This document shows, piece after piece, positions 53,868 to 64,000 of a DNA stretch of 64,000 nucleotides (the first letter of the stretch is position 1; every line of letters begins with the position of its first letter). The notes below the pieces were generated by a model, which was given only the letters and a program-made list of their open reading frames with translations, did not search any database and was not told the origin of the DNA. Position numbers and translations under genes: made by a program. Origin of the DNA: Candidatus Spongiisociaceae bacterium (GTDB lineage Bacteria > Actinomycetota > Acidimicrobiia > Spongiisociales > Spongiisociaceae); NCBI GenBank assembly GCA_965262915.1, contig OZ253564.1, positions 704,001 to 768,000 of the forward strand, written 5' to 3'.

Positions 53868-55271
53868 ATGCGACCGGTGCTTACGGCTGAGCAGTCCCGC
53901 CGCCAGGATGCCGTCGCCCGGGTGGATCCGCGCACCTTGCTGGACCGGGCCGGCCTAGCAGTGGCGATGCAGGCGGTGAGGTTGGGAGCCGGCTACGGGT
54001 CCCGGGTGGCGGTGCTGGCCGGTCCGGGCAACAACGGGGGGGACGGTTACGTGGCCGGCCGCTACCTGGCCGGGCGGGGGGCGATGGTCGATGTCTACCC
54101 GCTCACCGCACCCAGGACCGGTCCTGCCCGGTGGGCGTACCGGCTGGCGCAGAACGAAGGGGTGGCAGTCCGGGAATGGCACGACCCGCGACCGGCTGAC
54201 CTGGTGATCGACGCCCTGTTCGGAGCAGGCTTCCGGGGAACGTTGCCCGACCTCTCCGCCTGGCAGGGAATCCCGGCATGTCTGGCCGTCGACGTTCCTT
54301 CCGGGCTGGACGCCACCACCGGTGAGGCAGGAGACGGCGTCCTGTCCGCCGATGCGACCGTGACGTTCCACGGATACCGGGTGGGTCACCTGGTCGGTTC
54401 CGGTCCCGACGTGTGCGGCGAGGTGACGGTGGCGGACATCGGTCTGCCCGACGTGGAGCCCGAGATGTGGCTCTGCGAAGAGGTGGACGCCCCACTCCCG
54501 GTGCGGGCCCGGACCGCCCACAAGTGGTCGGCCGGATCGGTACTCGTGGTCGGCGGTTCCGACGGTCTCGACGGAGCGGCCACCCTGACCGCCCGGGCGG
54601 CGTTGCGGGCCGGGGCGGGCGCGGTGATGATCGCCTGCCCGCCGACGGTCGAGGAGAAGGTGCGCTCGCCGGAGATCATGACCAGGGCCATCGGCACATC
54701 CCGGTCGTTGTCGCTTGGCGATGTCCCCCAATTACTCGAACTAGCCGGCCGCTTCGACGTGGTGATCATCGGACCCGGCCTCGGTTCGGCCGATGATCTG
54801 GGCGGTTTCGTCCGCGGGGTTCTCCGAGGCTGGAACGGTCCTATGGTGGCCGACGCTGACGCCCTCAACGCCCTGGACGGGCCGGAGGACCTCGTGAGGG
54901 AAGGTGAGACGATCATCACCCCCCACGCCGGCGAGTTCTTTCGCCTGACCGGACGGACCGCGGCCTACCAGGAGGCCATGCGGCTCGCCGAAAACTCGGG
55001 CGTGACCGTCCTGCTGAAGGGCGCCCCAACCTTCGTCATGGGAGCGCAGCGCTGGGTGGTCAACTCCGGAGGGCCCGAGCTGGCCACCATCGGGACCGGA
55101 GACGTGCTGGCAGGAATGATCGGAGCCTTCCGGGCCGTAGGTCTGGACGGTCCCACGGCGGCCCGCTCCGCGGCGTACTGGCACGGGCGGGCCGCCGCCG
55201 ACCTGCAACGCACCCGCACGGTGACCGCCGACCAACTGGTCGATCACCTCGCGCTGACCACACGCCGCTGA
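53868..55271 (+). CDS. nnr: Bifunctional NAD(P)HX epimerase/dehydratase (YjeF)
   Basis: GPGNNGGDG, VIDALFGAG, AVDVPSG, GPGLG, DADAL, TPHAGE and ATIGTGDVLAG motifs. Confidence 0.95.
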   Translation: MRPVLTAEQSRRQDAVARVDPRTLLDRAGLAVAMQAVRLGAGYGSRVAVLAGPGNNGGDGYVAGRYLAGRGAMVDVYPLTAPRTGPARWAYRLAQNEGVAVREWHDPRPADLVIDALFGAGFRGTLPDLSAWQGIPACLAVDVPSGLDATTGEAGDGVLSADATVTFHGYRVGHLVGSGPDVCGEVTVADIGLPDVEPEMWLCEEVDAPLPVRARTAHKWSAGSVLVVGGSDGLDGAATLTARAALRAGAGAVMIACPPTVEEKVRSPEIMTRAIGTSRSLSLGDVPQLLELAGRFDVVIIGPGLGSADDLGGFVRGVLRGWNGPMVADADALNALDGPEDLVREGETIITPHAGEFFRLTGRTAAYQEAMRLAENSGVTVLLKGAPTFVMGAQRWVVNSGGPELATIGTGDVLAGMIGAFRAVGLDGPTAARSAAYWHGRAAADLQRTRTVTADQLVDHLALTTRR

Positions 55272-55746
55272 CCAACCCTGGCCACGCACCGTTGACCAAC
55301 TGTGACCTAACCGTTCACTGACTGTGCCTAAGCGCCGCCGTTGACCGGTACTCCCGGTATCCGGGACCACCCCATAGCAGGTACCGGACCCTCCAAGTCG
55401 CGAAAATCGCCCCGGCGCCGCTGACCCTGACGGGCCCTCCCTCCCCCGCCGCCACCACCTGAGACGGACCGGGCGAACGCGGGGCCGGAGCGTGGGCTCC
55501 GCAGCTCTCCGAGTATGCCCGGACCTTCCGGTCACCGTCTGCCTGAGGGCGGGCAAGGCCCATCGGCTCGGAGACCGGAACTCCGTTGATGATCGCCGCT
55601 TCCGGACCTGCGGCGATGTTTGTGCTCACGACACCTTCAATATGCCTGATGGCTGTGACAGTGACAACCCCCACGTTCCCTGGCCCGCGGGGGATTCGCC
55701 GCGCGGCAGTCATGCCGGGCGATCCCGCCTACCGGAGAGACCGCTG

Positions 55747-56040
55747 TCAGGCGATGCGGGTCATCCGCTTGATGACGACGCTTTCCAAGCGGTCCTCGAT
55801 GGCGGCGAGACCGTCCGCGATGTGGGGCTCGGCGAGGTGGGCATCGAGATCGGCTTCCCTCCGCCAGAGAGCCACGAAATAGAAGACGGTGGGATCGTCG
55901 TTGACCGCATGCAGCCGGTAGTCGAGGCAACCCTCCTCCTCACGGGTGGGCACCACCATGGCCATGAGGGCTTCGCGAACGGTCGCCTCCGATCCGGGCA
56001 CGACCCTTACCTGGGCGACGGCGGTGAGAGGCTCGGTCAT
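55747..56040 (-). CDS. ABM-domain protein (putative quinol monooxygenase)
   Basis: PTREEEGCLDYRLH..F..W...DLDAHL..PH. Confidence 0.85.
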   Translation of the reverse strand: MTEPLTAVAQVRVVPGSEATVREALMAMVVPTREEEGCLDYRLHAVNDDPTVFYFVALWRREADLDAHLAEPHIADGLAAIEDRLESVVIKRMTRIA

Positions 56041-56073
56041 GGGCGCAACTCTACCGCCCTGAGCAAACCGCTC

Positions 56074-56367
56074 TCAGGCGATGCGGGTCATCCTCTTGAT
56101 GTCGATACCCTCGATCCGATCCTCGACGCGGGCGATTGCGTCACGGACGTGGGCCGATTCCAGGTGGATGTCCAGATCCTCCCCGCTCCGCCACTGCTCC
56201 ACGAAGTAGAACAGCCCCGGGTCGTCATCGACCACATGCAGCTTGTACTCGATGCAGCCCTCCTCGTTGAGGGTGGGCGGGACGATGGCCGCCAACGCGT
56301 CGCGCACAGCGTCCTCCGCCCCCGGCGCGGCCCGGATCCAGGCAACAACGGTTAGTACGTCGGTCAT
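56074..56367 (-). CDS. ABM-domain protein, tandem paralog
   Basis: PTLNEEGCIEYKLH..FVEQW..DLDIHL; same KRMTRIA C-terminus as its neighbour. Confidence 0.85.
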   Translation of the reverse strand: MTDVLTVVAWIRAAPGAEDAVRDALAAIVPPTLNEEGCIEYKLHVVDDDPGLFYFVEQWRSGEDLDIHLESAHVRDAIARVEDRIEGIDIKRMTRIA

Positions 56368-56979
56368 GGGCGTAACTGTAGTGGCCCGAGGCGAAGCCGG
56401 TACCGCTTCGGCGTAAGTAGGCCGTACGTGAAACCCGGCCCAACAGGGCCGGGTGGGTAAACGTTCTCGGCGCTCTAGCACCGAGAACTAGCGCTTCCTC
56501 ATCCGCTAGCAGGTTGCCCATCCAGTGGCTGGATCTGCGGGTCGATCACCAACCGACCGGGTGCCGGGATTCCCCAGCAGCTTTGGGGAACTGAAGAACC
56601 CGACAATCCGTTCGCCGGCTGAAACAACCAGACCCGGGAGAACCAGCCACCAACACCGTGGGCCGAGCGGTCTCAGAACCACCGCCCAGCACGAACCGGC
56701 TACGACCATCACGATTCTCACCCCACCGTTTACGGCCGCTTGTGGACGCGTTCTCCTGTTATGCGAGGTAGATAGCGGTTTGTGAGGAAGCTAATCTTGG
56801 CCGGTGTCACTACAAGTGTCCTAGCGGTCAGCTTTACTATGCGTGCTCGGCTCAGATGTAATACGGTGATGGACGCCGCGCTGTTAGATCCTGGTCGGTG
56901 GCCACGAGCTTCGAGCGCTGAGATCGATTCCTGCAACCCGGTTAACACAGCCGGACAGGGCAGGTGTCCAGCCTATGGG

Positions 56980-57165
56980 GGAACTCCATCTTCGGGCGGG
57001 CGGTCATCTGGCCACCGAGAGCAGCCCGTGCGGCGGCTTCGGCGTCTACGGTGTCGGTCTTGCCCCGGAGGCGGCGTAGCTGGGCGGTTTGGGCGCATGA
57101 CCTCTACCACCTCGACACCGGCTGCGCTCAGATGACGAGCCAGGCTGGCAGCGCAGTCAAAGTCT
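56980..57165 (-). mobile_element. IS110 transposase fragment (IS110-A type)
   Basis: LARHLSAAGVEVVEVMRPNR, then GKTDTVDAEAAARA after a frameshift. Confidence 0.7.
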
Positions 57166-57343
57166 GCGCTGCGGCGTCGACCGCGATGTAGTAACGCCGG
57201 AATGCTGCCCGGCCCCCCCGGCCGGGGTTCCCGAATGGGTCGCGACGGCGAGATGTACACGGCTGCTCACAAGTCAGGAAGGAGACGGACCGCGCCGGTG
57301 CTGGTTGGGGCTAGCAACCGCGTCGTACGGGGTGGTATTGTTC

Positions 57344-57604
57344 ATGTATAGGGAGGATGATGTGATGGGTACCGAGCTAGTTGGTCGAGAAACACCCTCT
57401 CCTGTTGTGACGATGTCCGAGGTTCAGGCGTGGTCGGCTCAAGGCAGGCGTAGACTCGCGGAGCGCGGTATCTACACCAGGGATCTCGGGAAACGGCTTC
57501 AGTGGAAACGCACCCGCGGGATCGATACATCCGCCGAAGAACGGTTCGTACGCTATCTTGATTCGGTTAGTGACGAAACAGGCGTAGCCGAACCTAGCGA
57601 TTGA
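57344..57604 (+). CDS. Small hypothetical protein, possible antitoxin
   Basis: Its stop overlaps the start of the next gene. Confidence 0.45.
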   Translation: MYREDDVMGTELVGRETPSPVVTMSEVQAWSAQGRRRLAERGIYTRDLGKRLQWKRTRGIDTSAEERFVRYLDSVSDETGVAEPSD

Positions 57605-58184
57605 AGAGCCGCACAACCGCGCGGGACCTGCTGCTAAGGGCCGGCGGGGTATCACCTGGTAGCTTAGAGTACATAGCGCTCTACGCGGCAGCATTCGATA
57701 GCCTAACCGACTCCCCACTCGTACTAGTCGGTGGCGCGGCGCAGCCTCCCTTTATACCGGTATCGAGCGCCTTACCGATATAGATATGGTGGGGTGGGTC
57801 ACCCCGACGGACGCCGCAGCACTGGCATCTGCTGGATTCACGCGGGAGGGACGCCACTGGGTTTATGGAGAAACGACTCCAGAACTCCTAGTAGAAGTAC
57901 CAGAGACGACCCTGTTGGGCCACGATGAGCCCCTGTTATTCCGAACACCGTCCGGTGTAACCGTACGGGTCATCTCGCTTGACGACCTCATGCTGGACCG
58001 CCTCATGCAAGCCACAGATGGGACAGTCGTTACTTGGGAGGAAGCCCTATCGCTTGGTATAGCAGCGAAACACCGCATTAACTGGACGGTGCTACAAGCT
58101 AGATGCGACGCAGCGGCAGACGAAGACGCGTTCCTTCAGAGATTACCTGACGTGTTGAACCGGATCATCGATGACGTAGGCTAG
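57601..58184 (+). pseudogene. Nucleotidyltransferase-fold protein (one frameshift near 57742)
   Basis: VLVGGAA, then SLYTG..TDIDMV..GFTREGRHW..SLDDLMLDRL. Confidence 0.6.
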
Positions 58185-58400
58185 CGTCGCTGTGGGGTCC
58201 AGACCTCTCCCGTATTCGTAGGCATCCGACCGCCCAGCGCAGCGTTCGGAGTCCTGGATAGGAGACTTCTCAGACAGCACCATCATCGCCGCGATGGTGC
58301 ACCGGCTCGTTCGCAGAAGCGTCGTGTTTACCACTGCGGCAACCCATACCTGGGCTTCGAGCTTGCCCGCTCGAAGGACCCTGGTCCGGGAAGCTGTGGG

Positions 58401-59150
58401 TTACCAGTCGTCCCCGGCGATGCATGACCGAGCAATTTCCGGCGGGGGTGTGCCGGAGTCGGGAAAACGGTCCGTAGGGATGGTATGCAGCTCGCACACC
58501 CCGACCTCGATGCTCGCCAACGTGGTGGCGTGCTCGGGGGCAGCCGGTCGGTGACCTCCCGCGCCGGGCGCGTCCCATAAGGCCCGGTCGTCCATTCCCA
58601 GGCACGTCAATGAAGCGTCATCGTGTACGTGCCGGGTTCCTTGTAGATGACCGCGCAGTCGTCGTCCTGGGGGTACACGGCATCCTCCTTGGCATGCACG
58701 ACAGGTCGGGAGTCCACGAAACGGATACCGGGCGCGGACACGCCCTTGTTTCCCACCCAACCCCGGTCGAGGCTCGCCTCCGCCGCCGCTATGTCGGCGT
58801 CCTCGGTCCAACAGGTGTGGGTGCTGCCGTTGCCGAGGTCGATCTCCATCCTGTCGACGGGAACAGCACGATGGCGGGCTCCCTGGCGGACGACCTTGTC
58901 CTCAAGCGGCGCGTCCACGGTCGGCCAGATAATGGGATACGTGACGGGATGGGATACGTGACGGGACTCCCAACAGGTTCGGCACCTTCCACGGTTTCGG
59001 CCTGACAGCCCGCCCAACTAGCGGACGGGAAGGGCGACTTGCCGGGTAGGCACAAATCTGGAATGTTCAGCAACCACACATATGTCGGGGCTCCGACCCA
59101 CAGGTACTCGCGTGGGGGATTCGTGCCGATGACCGGATCGAACGTCAACC
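58401..59150 (-). pseudogene. Degraded, probably secreted protein
   Basis: Protein-like segments in three frames; a 17-bp tandem duplication TGGGATACGTGACGGGA at 58933-58966 shifts the frame. Confidence 0.45.
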
Positions 59151-59479
59151 AGTTCGGACCGGGTACATCCGGTGCCGGTCCCCGAGCGTACCAGCGGGCA
59201 CCTAGACCTATGCCCTAACCCGACGGGTTGTCCAGGTCGCCCTGATAGCTGAGGTCTCCGAGATGCGCGTCACTGATCGGCCCGGCAGCCGTAACAGACG
59301 CGGCCGTCACCGGCGAGTTCGATCGGTTCTGGCAGGCGGGTCATCAGGTCCTTGTTCCACCGTGCCATGTCACACGCTCCTTCGGTTAGAGCAAAGGGGT
59401 TGACCCGCTAGCAGCTGGGAATCGGTGTGAAGCCGAGCCCGGTGAACTGCCGGAGGTGTCATTCGTCGGGTGGTTTCGG

Positions 59480-59866
59480 GCCGGTTTTGAGGGCTACGAG
59501 ACCGAAGCGGCATCCCTTTGACGAGCTGTTGGGCTCCGACGCCTCGAACTTGTGCTGCTTGACATCGATCAGGTCCAACCGTCCCGACCAGCACTGCTGC
59601 GTTCTGCCCGCCGGGCCCGGGTCGTGGGTGTTCGGGGCAAGGGAAGAACCCAGCGCACAGTGTTCCTGTCCGTCGACGCCCGCCGTGCCCTGGCCGGCTA
59701 CCTGGAGGTGGAACGACCGTTCGACGCCACCGACGAGTCCACCGCGTTGTTCCTGTCCGCTGTTTCGGTGAGCAGCCGCCCCCCGACGGGCGGCTCTCCG
59801 GGCGCAGTGTCAACACCGTCCTCGAACGTATCGGCCGGCTCCACGACGCGGAACACACCGAACCCG
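59480..59866 (+). pseudogene. Tyrosine recombinase (XerC/D-like) internal fragment
   Basis: LLDIDQV..VRGKGRTQRTVFL..ALAGYL..ALFLS..RLSGRSVNTVLERIG; stops before the HxxR motif. Confidence 0.7.
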
Positions 59867-59869
59867 TAC

Positions 59870-61033
59870 GGTTCAACCTACGCGTGGTGGAGGGAACACA
59901 ACCCGGAAGCTGGGCAGTTCCCCGCGGATCGGAACCTGTCCCGTTATGACCTGTTCAAGATGTTCACCCTGGTCCGGAGCGAGGATCCCCGCTGGGCGGC
60001 GGTGGACACCAGGGTGGGCCGGGGTGTCATCTGTCGTTTCGACCGGACGACCAAGTCTTTTTACAAGCGCTGCAGCAGGGAAGGGACCAAGCCCGGATAT
60101 CCCCGTTTCAAGCCCCGACACCGGTGGAGGAGCATCGAGATAGTGAACGCCGGGGCCCAGATGCTCGTACCGCCGGGTCCCGGGGGTCGATGGTGGCGTC
60201 TGCGGGTCAAGGGAGTCCCCGCAGCCAGGTTCTGCGATGGCAACGGACGGCTGGCCGCCGCTCTCGATGCTGGCACGGTGGTGGAGCTGTGGGTGGTGCG
60301 CACCCCGTTGCGGGTGGAGTTGCATGTGGTGGTCGGACACGACGCGGATACCACTGTGGTGTCCGCTCCTCTGAACCCGGTGGGGATAGACAAGGGCCTG
60401 TCGACGCGGATGGCACTGTCCGACGGGCGGTACGTACCGGCGCGGACCATCGACAATCAGGTTGTCCGCCGGTACCAGCGTCGCCTGGCGCGAGCACAAC
60501 GGGGATCTCGGTCCCGGGCCAAGAAGCGGGCTGCTGTGGCCAGGGTCCGGCGCAGGGAAACCGAGAGAGCCCGGGCGGCGGACTTCCGCCTGGCCCACGA
60601 CCTCGTTACTTCCTTCGACGGCGTCGCCGTCGAGGACCTCAACATCGCGGGACTGCTCCGCTCCCGCAGATACTCCAAGAAGATGTCGGAACAGCGGTGG
60701 GGTACCTTCGACCTCGTACTGGGACACAAAGCCGAGAAAGCTGGTGTCCCGTATGTGAAGGTGAGCCCTTCCCATACCAGCACAGATTGCTCCCGATGCG
60801 GGCATCGCCAGCCGATGCCGCTCGGAACCAGAGTCTATCGGTGCGGGAGTTGCCGTCTCAGCCTGTGCAGGGACGTCAACGCCGCCAGGAACATATGCGC
60901 CCGGGCCTTCCCACAGGTCCGGGGTCGGGAGGGGCCACCACCTGACGCGGCGCGCTATACAAACAACCACCGTGAGACCGACTCGCCCCCTAGGGCAGGG
61001 ACGCAAGTGGTCGCCGCAGAACAGTATGCCTGA
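59870..61033 (+). CDS. tnpB: IS200/IS605 TnpB RNA-guided nuclease, N-terminus missing
   Basis: PGYPRFK, RuvC I VGIDKG, RuvC II VEDLNI, Zn finger CSRC/CGSC, RuvC III RDVNAARNI. Confidence 0.88.
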   Translation, partial: GSTYAWWREHNPEAGQFPADRNLSRYDLFKMFTLVRSEDPRWAAVDTRVGRGVICRFDRTTKSFYKRCSREGTKPGYPRFKPRHRWRSIEIVNAGAQMLVPPGPGGRWWRLRVKGVPAARFCDGNGRLAAALDAGTVVELWVVRTPLRVELHVVVGHDADTTVVSAPLNPVGIDKGLSTRMALSDGRYVPARTIDNQVVRRYQRRLARAQRGSRSRAKKRAAVARVRRRETERARAADFRLAHDLVTSFDGVAVEDLNIAGLLRSRRYSKKMSEQRWGTFDLVLGHKAEKAGVPYVKVSPSHTSTDCSRCGHRQPMPLGTRVYRCGSCRLSLCRDVNAARNICARAFPQVRGREGPPPDAARYTNNHRETDSPPRAGTQVVAAEQYA

Positions 61034-61494
61034 GCAGCCTGCATGGGCACTCAGTATAAAGGTCCCCTCGGCGTTTCACGCAGTTGCCCTCATTCCGTAG
61101 GAGTTGCATTGTCCCAGGTCACGGCGCTTTTGGCGGAATCTGGAGTGTCATGTTGTTTCAGTGGTGGTCGCGGAGTTGCAGTCGAAAAGGTATACCATTT
61201 GTGACACCAGTTGAAGGCGTGGGGCTGAGGGTCAACTGTCCCTTGGTGGGTCACCCTGGCGTTTCCCGTAGGAATGCTGCGGTTGTCCCAGCTTTGGCAG
61301 TCTTGGCTCGACCCGCCGGGTGGAGGCCCGCACCGTCACACACCTGTATTTGCTCGCCATGGTCTGACCATTGGATGGTACTGCCGAACTGCCTGCGACA
61401 TGAGATGCTTCCACGGTGGGCGGTCTCGGCCCGGTTGTTGCTGCGAGTTTGCTCGCTTCAACACGGTGCTGTCGGCTGCTGTGTGATATCCAGG

Positions 61495-62575
61495 TTATGG
61501 CAGGGGTGTGGAGTCGTCCTGCAGATACGTTGCCCATGCTGCCATGAGTTGGCGGCGTCGGTCGAATAGATCTGTGCGTAGGTATGCGGCTTCGACCTGG
61601 TTGCGGTTCTGGTGGGCCAGTGCAGCCTCGGCGACTGATCTGGGTGTGTCTGTGCATTCCTCTACCCAGACGCGAAAACTCGAACGGAAGCCGTGGGGCA
61701 CGCAGGAGATCCCGAGCCGGTGGAGTATTGCCCCGACGGTACTCTTGCCGATCTGACCGCCGCGCGCGCCTGGGAAGATCAGCCCGCTGCTGTTTCGGTA
61801 CTGGTGAGCTTCGTGCAGGATTGCAATGGCGCGTGTCGCCAGTGGCACACGGTGTTCCCGGCTCTTTTTCGTCCTCTTGGCCGGAATCGTCCAAGTCGCC
61901 TTCTCGAAGTCTATTTCGAGCCATTGCGCGAGCCTGGCTTCTGTGGGTCTCGTTGCGGTGAGTATCTGGTATTCGAGTAGCAGGATGCTGGTCGGGTAGG
62001 CACTCGACCAGCGTACCTGCTGGAGGGCTGCCGCGACCTGATCATGGGGCAGCGCCGGGTGATGCCGAGACCCACTGCTGTGCTTGGGCAGCGCGGCGGT
62101 GATGGCCTCCCCGGCCGGGTTGTCGGGCCGATGCCCCGCGGCTATCGCCCACAGCATTATCGCCGAGATTTCCCGTTTCACTGTCTGAGCAGTGGGGTTC
62201 TTTTCGTGCCATATTGGAGTTAGGAGGCCCATGACGTCAGCGGTGGTGATTCGGTCTACCCGTTTGCTGCCCAGCGTCGGGTACGCGTAGTTCTTGAGGG
62301 TGGATCTCCACCTGTGTTCCGTCTTGCTACCGGGTTTCCAGCCTTTGGAGTACAGCTGGATAACTTTCTCGGCCGCCTCAGCGAAGGTCGGCACCCCGCC
62401 GCCCCGGGGATCTTGTCCCTGTTCTGCCAGCCGACGATTGTTGAATGCCTTTCGTCGGGCTTCGGAGAGTTTGACCAATGGATAGCTTCCGAGGCCGATG
62501 TTGGTGAGGCGGCCGCCAATCCGGATTCGCTGAATCCACGACTTTCGTACTCCAACGTTTCGCCCATTAGCGTGC
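61495..62575 (-). CDS. P4-like tyrosine integrase, extreme N-terminus degenerate
   Basis: KSWIQRIRIGG..IGLGSYP arm-binding motif; catalytic R (TATRP), HGFR, LAH and Y present; in-frame TAG near 62582. Confidence 0.85.
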
Positions 62576-62922
62576 CCGACCTACTGTGCGTATCCGATAG
62601 AGAGTGCCCGCCCCTAGGCATATTCTACCCGAAAGGACGCTGCTGTGTAGCGTTCCTGCCATGCGTTGAACTCGACGACCTGCACGCAGAAGCGGGTACG
62701 TCAGGTACGGGGTTAAGCCTGGCAGAAGACATCGGCGTTGGTAACTCCCCTCGTCGCGACTGGGCTGTGCGAGACTACTGGATGTCGTCTGGAGACGAGG
62801 GTCAGGCCCGGCTAAGCCGTTCGATTCTCAGTCAGCGAGAAGAGGAGACAGATTCCGGCTGAGGAGGTGACAGACTCCCGGGACCCCTACCATTACCCCT
62901 GGTCAGGGGTGGTCGCGAAGAC

Positions 62923-64000
62923 CCCGCCCTCGACGCGGTGCTGTTCCTAGCCCACCGCAGGTCGATGGTCGACATCATCCAGGCCGTCGGACGGGTCATG
63001 CGAACCGCCGCGGGGAAAGAACGCGGTTACATCATCCTGCCCGAAGGGAAAACCCGTATCGACGACGCCGTTCTGCGCAGCCCAAGGTTCAAGCCGGTCT
63101 GGGACGTGATCCGGGCGTTACGAGCCCACGACAAACGGATGGACGTGTGCGTCAACACCGCCGACAAAGGCGGCAAACCACCCATAAACGTTATAGGCGG
63201 CGCCGACGGCGACGACACCGACAACACGGATGACGGTAGGGGGTTGGACACTGCCACCGTTGTGCAGATGACCCTCCCCATGAACTCCGAAATCGCGTCG
63301 GCGCTGGTCGAAATCTGCGGGGACCGCACGTATTGGGCGACTTGGGGAGACGACGTAGGAGAAGTCACCCGAACCGTCTCAGCCCGCATCAGCCGACTCA
63401 TCGGATCCCGGCCGCACACTGCGGAAGCGTTCGGACGGTTCCTCACAGAGATGCGTCAGACGATCAACGAACACCTACAAGAAGCCGACCTCGTCGACAT
63501 GTTGGCCTGCCACATAGTCACGCTGCCCGTGTTCAACGCCCTGTTCGGCTCCGCCGCGTTCGCTTCCCTCAACCCGGTTGTTGCTGCGTTGAACCAGATG
63601 GTGGACACGCTGGACCGGGACCACATCCGAGCCGACACCGCCCGCCTCGACCGCCTATACGACAGCGTGACCGAACGGGTCCGCCAGGTCACCGACCCCG
63701 AAGGCCGCCTCAAAATCCTGCTCGAACTGTACGAATCGTTCTTCGCGAAAGGCATGAAACGGGAAACCGACCGGCTCGGCGTCGCCTACACCCCCATCGA
63801 GCTGGTGGACTATGTTCTCCGATCAGCCGACCGGCTCTCCCAGCACCACTTCGGCAAGGGCCTATCAGACCCCGACGTTCATGTGTTGGACCCGTTCACC
63901 GGAACCGGCACCTTCATCAACCGGCTACTCACCATCAACGACAGCAACGGCCGGCCGCTTATCACAGACGAAGACCTGGACCGCAAATACACAGCCGAGA
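62923..64000 (+). pseudogene. Type ISP restriction-modification enzyme (helicase C-terminus + methyltransferase), 5'-truncated; runs off the window
   Basis: Hand translation: PALDAVLFL..VDIIQAVGRVMR..GYIILP..RLGVAYTPIELVD..VLDPFTGTGTF. Confidence 0.85.

Noticed and set aside
5445-57790. The many single-base frameshifts as programmed frameshifting or phase variation
   Set aside because: They are scattered across unrelated genes, often at short homopolymers. Sequencing indels or decay are more parsimonious, and this cannot be resolved without reads.
61060-61495. tRNA or att site next to the integrase
   Set aside because: I could not recognise a cloverleaf or a duplicated att core.

Overview
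High-GC window, probably actinobacterial. The SLH/RCC1/LRR gene repertoire resembles Acidimicrobiia symbionts (inference). Left end: a coupling-protein-like ATPase and a nest of insertion sequences (IS3, IS30, ISL3, IS1380, IS110). One IS110 split an AAA-ATPase/subtilase gene pair and was itself hit twice. Next come a duplicated CoA-transferase/thioesterase pair, a large cluster of SLH surface proteins, nnr, and a degraded island at the right end (TnpB, tyrosine integrase, type ISP R-M). Main signals: (1) a dispersed family of 7-bp tandem arrays (AGGTGYC/GRCACCT)n that often start at stop codons, bracket a conserved ~95-bp core, and enclose a four-helix-bundle gene absent from the paralogous locus; (2) two sibling IS110 elements inserted in those arrays, whose putative bridge-RNA guides co-vary with their target sites, plus another IS110 whose guide matches a second IS110's coding sequence; (3) three tandem exported thioredoxin-fold genes with an in-frame TGA in a UxxC motif (putative surface selenoproteins) that the ORF track splits. 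Many single-base frameshifts may be sequencing indels. All family calls come from reading motifs, not from database searches.
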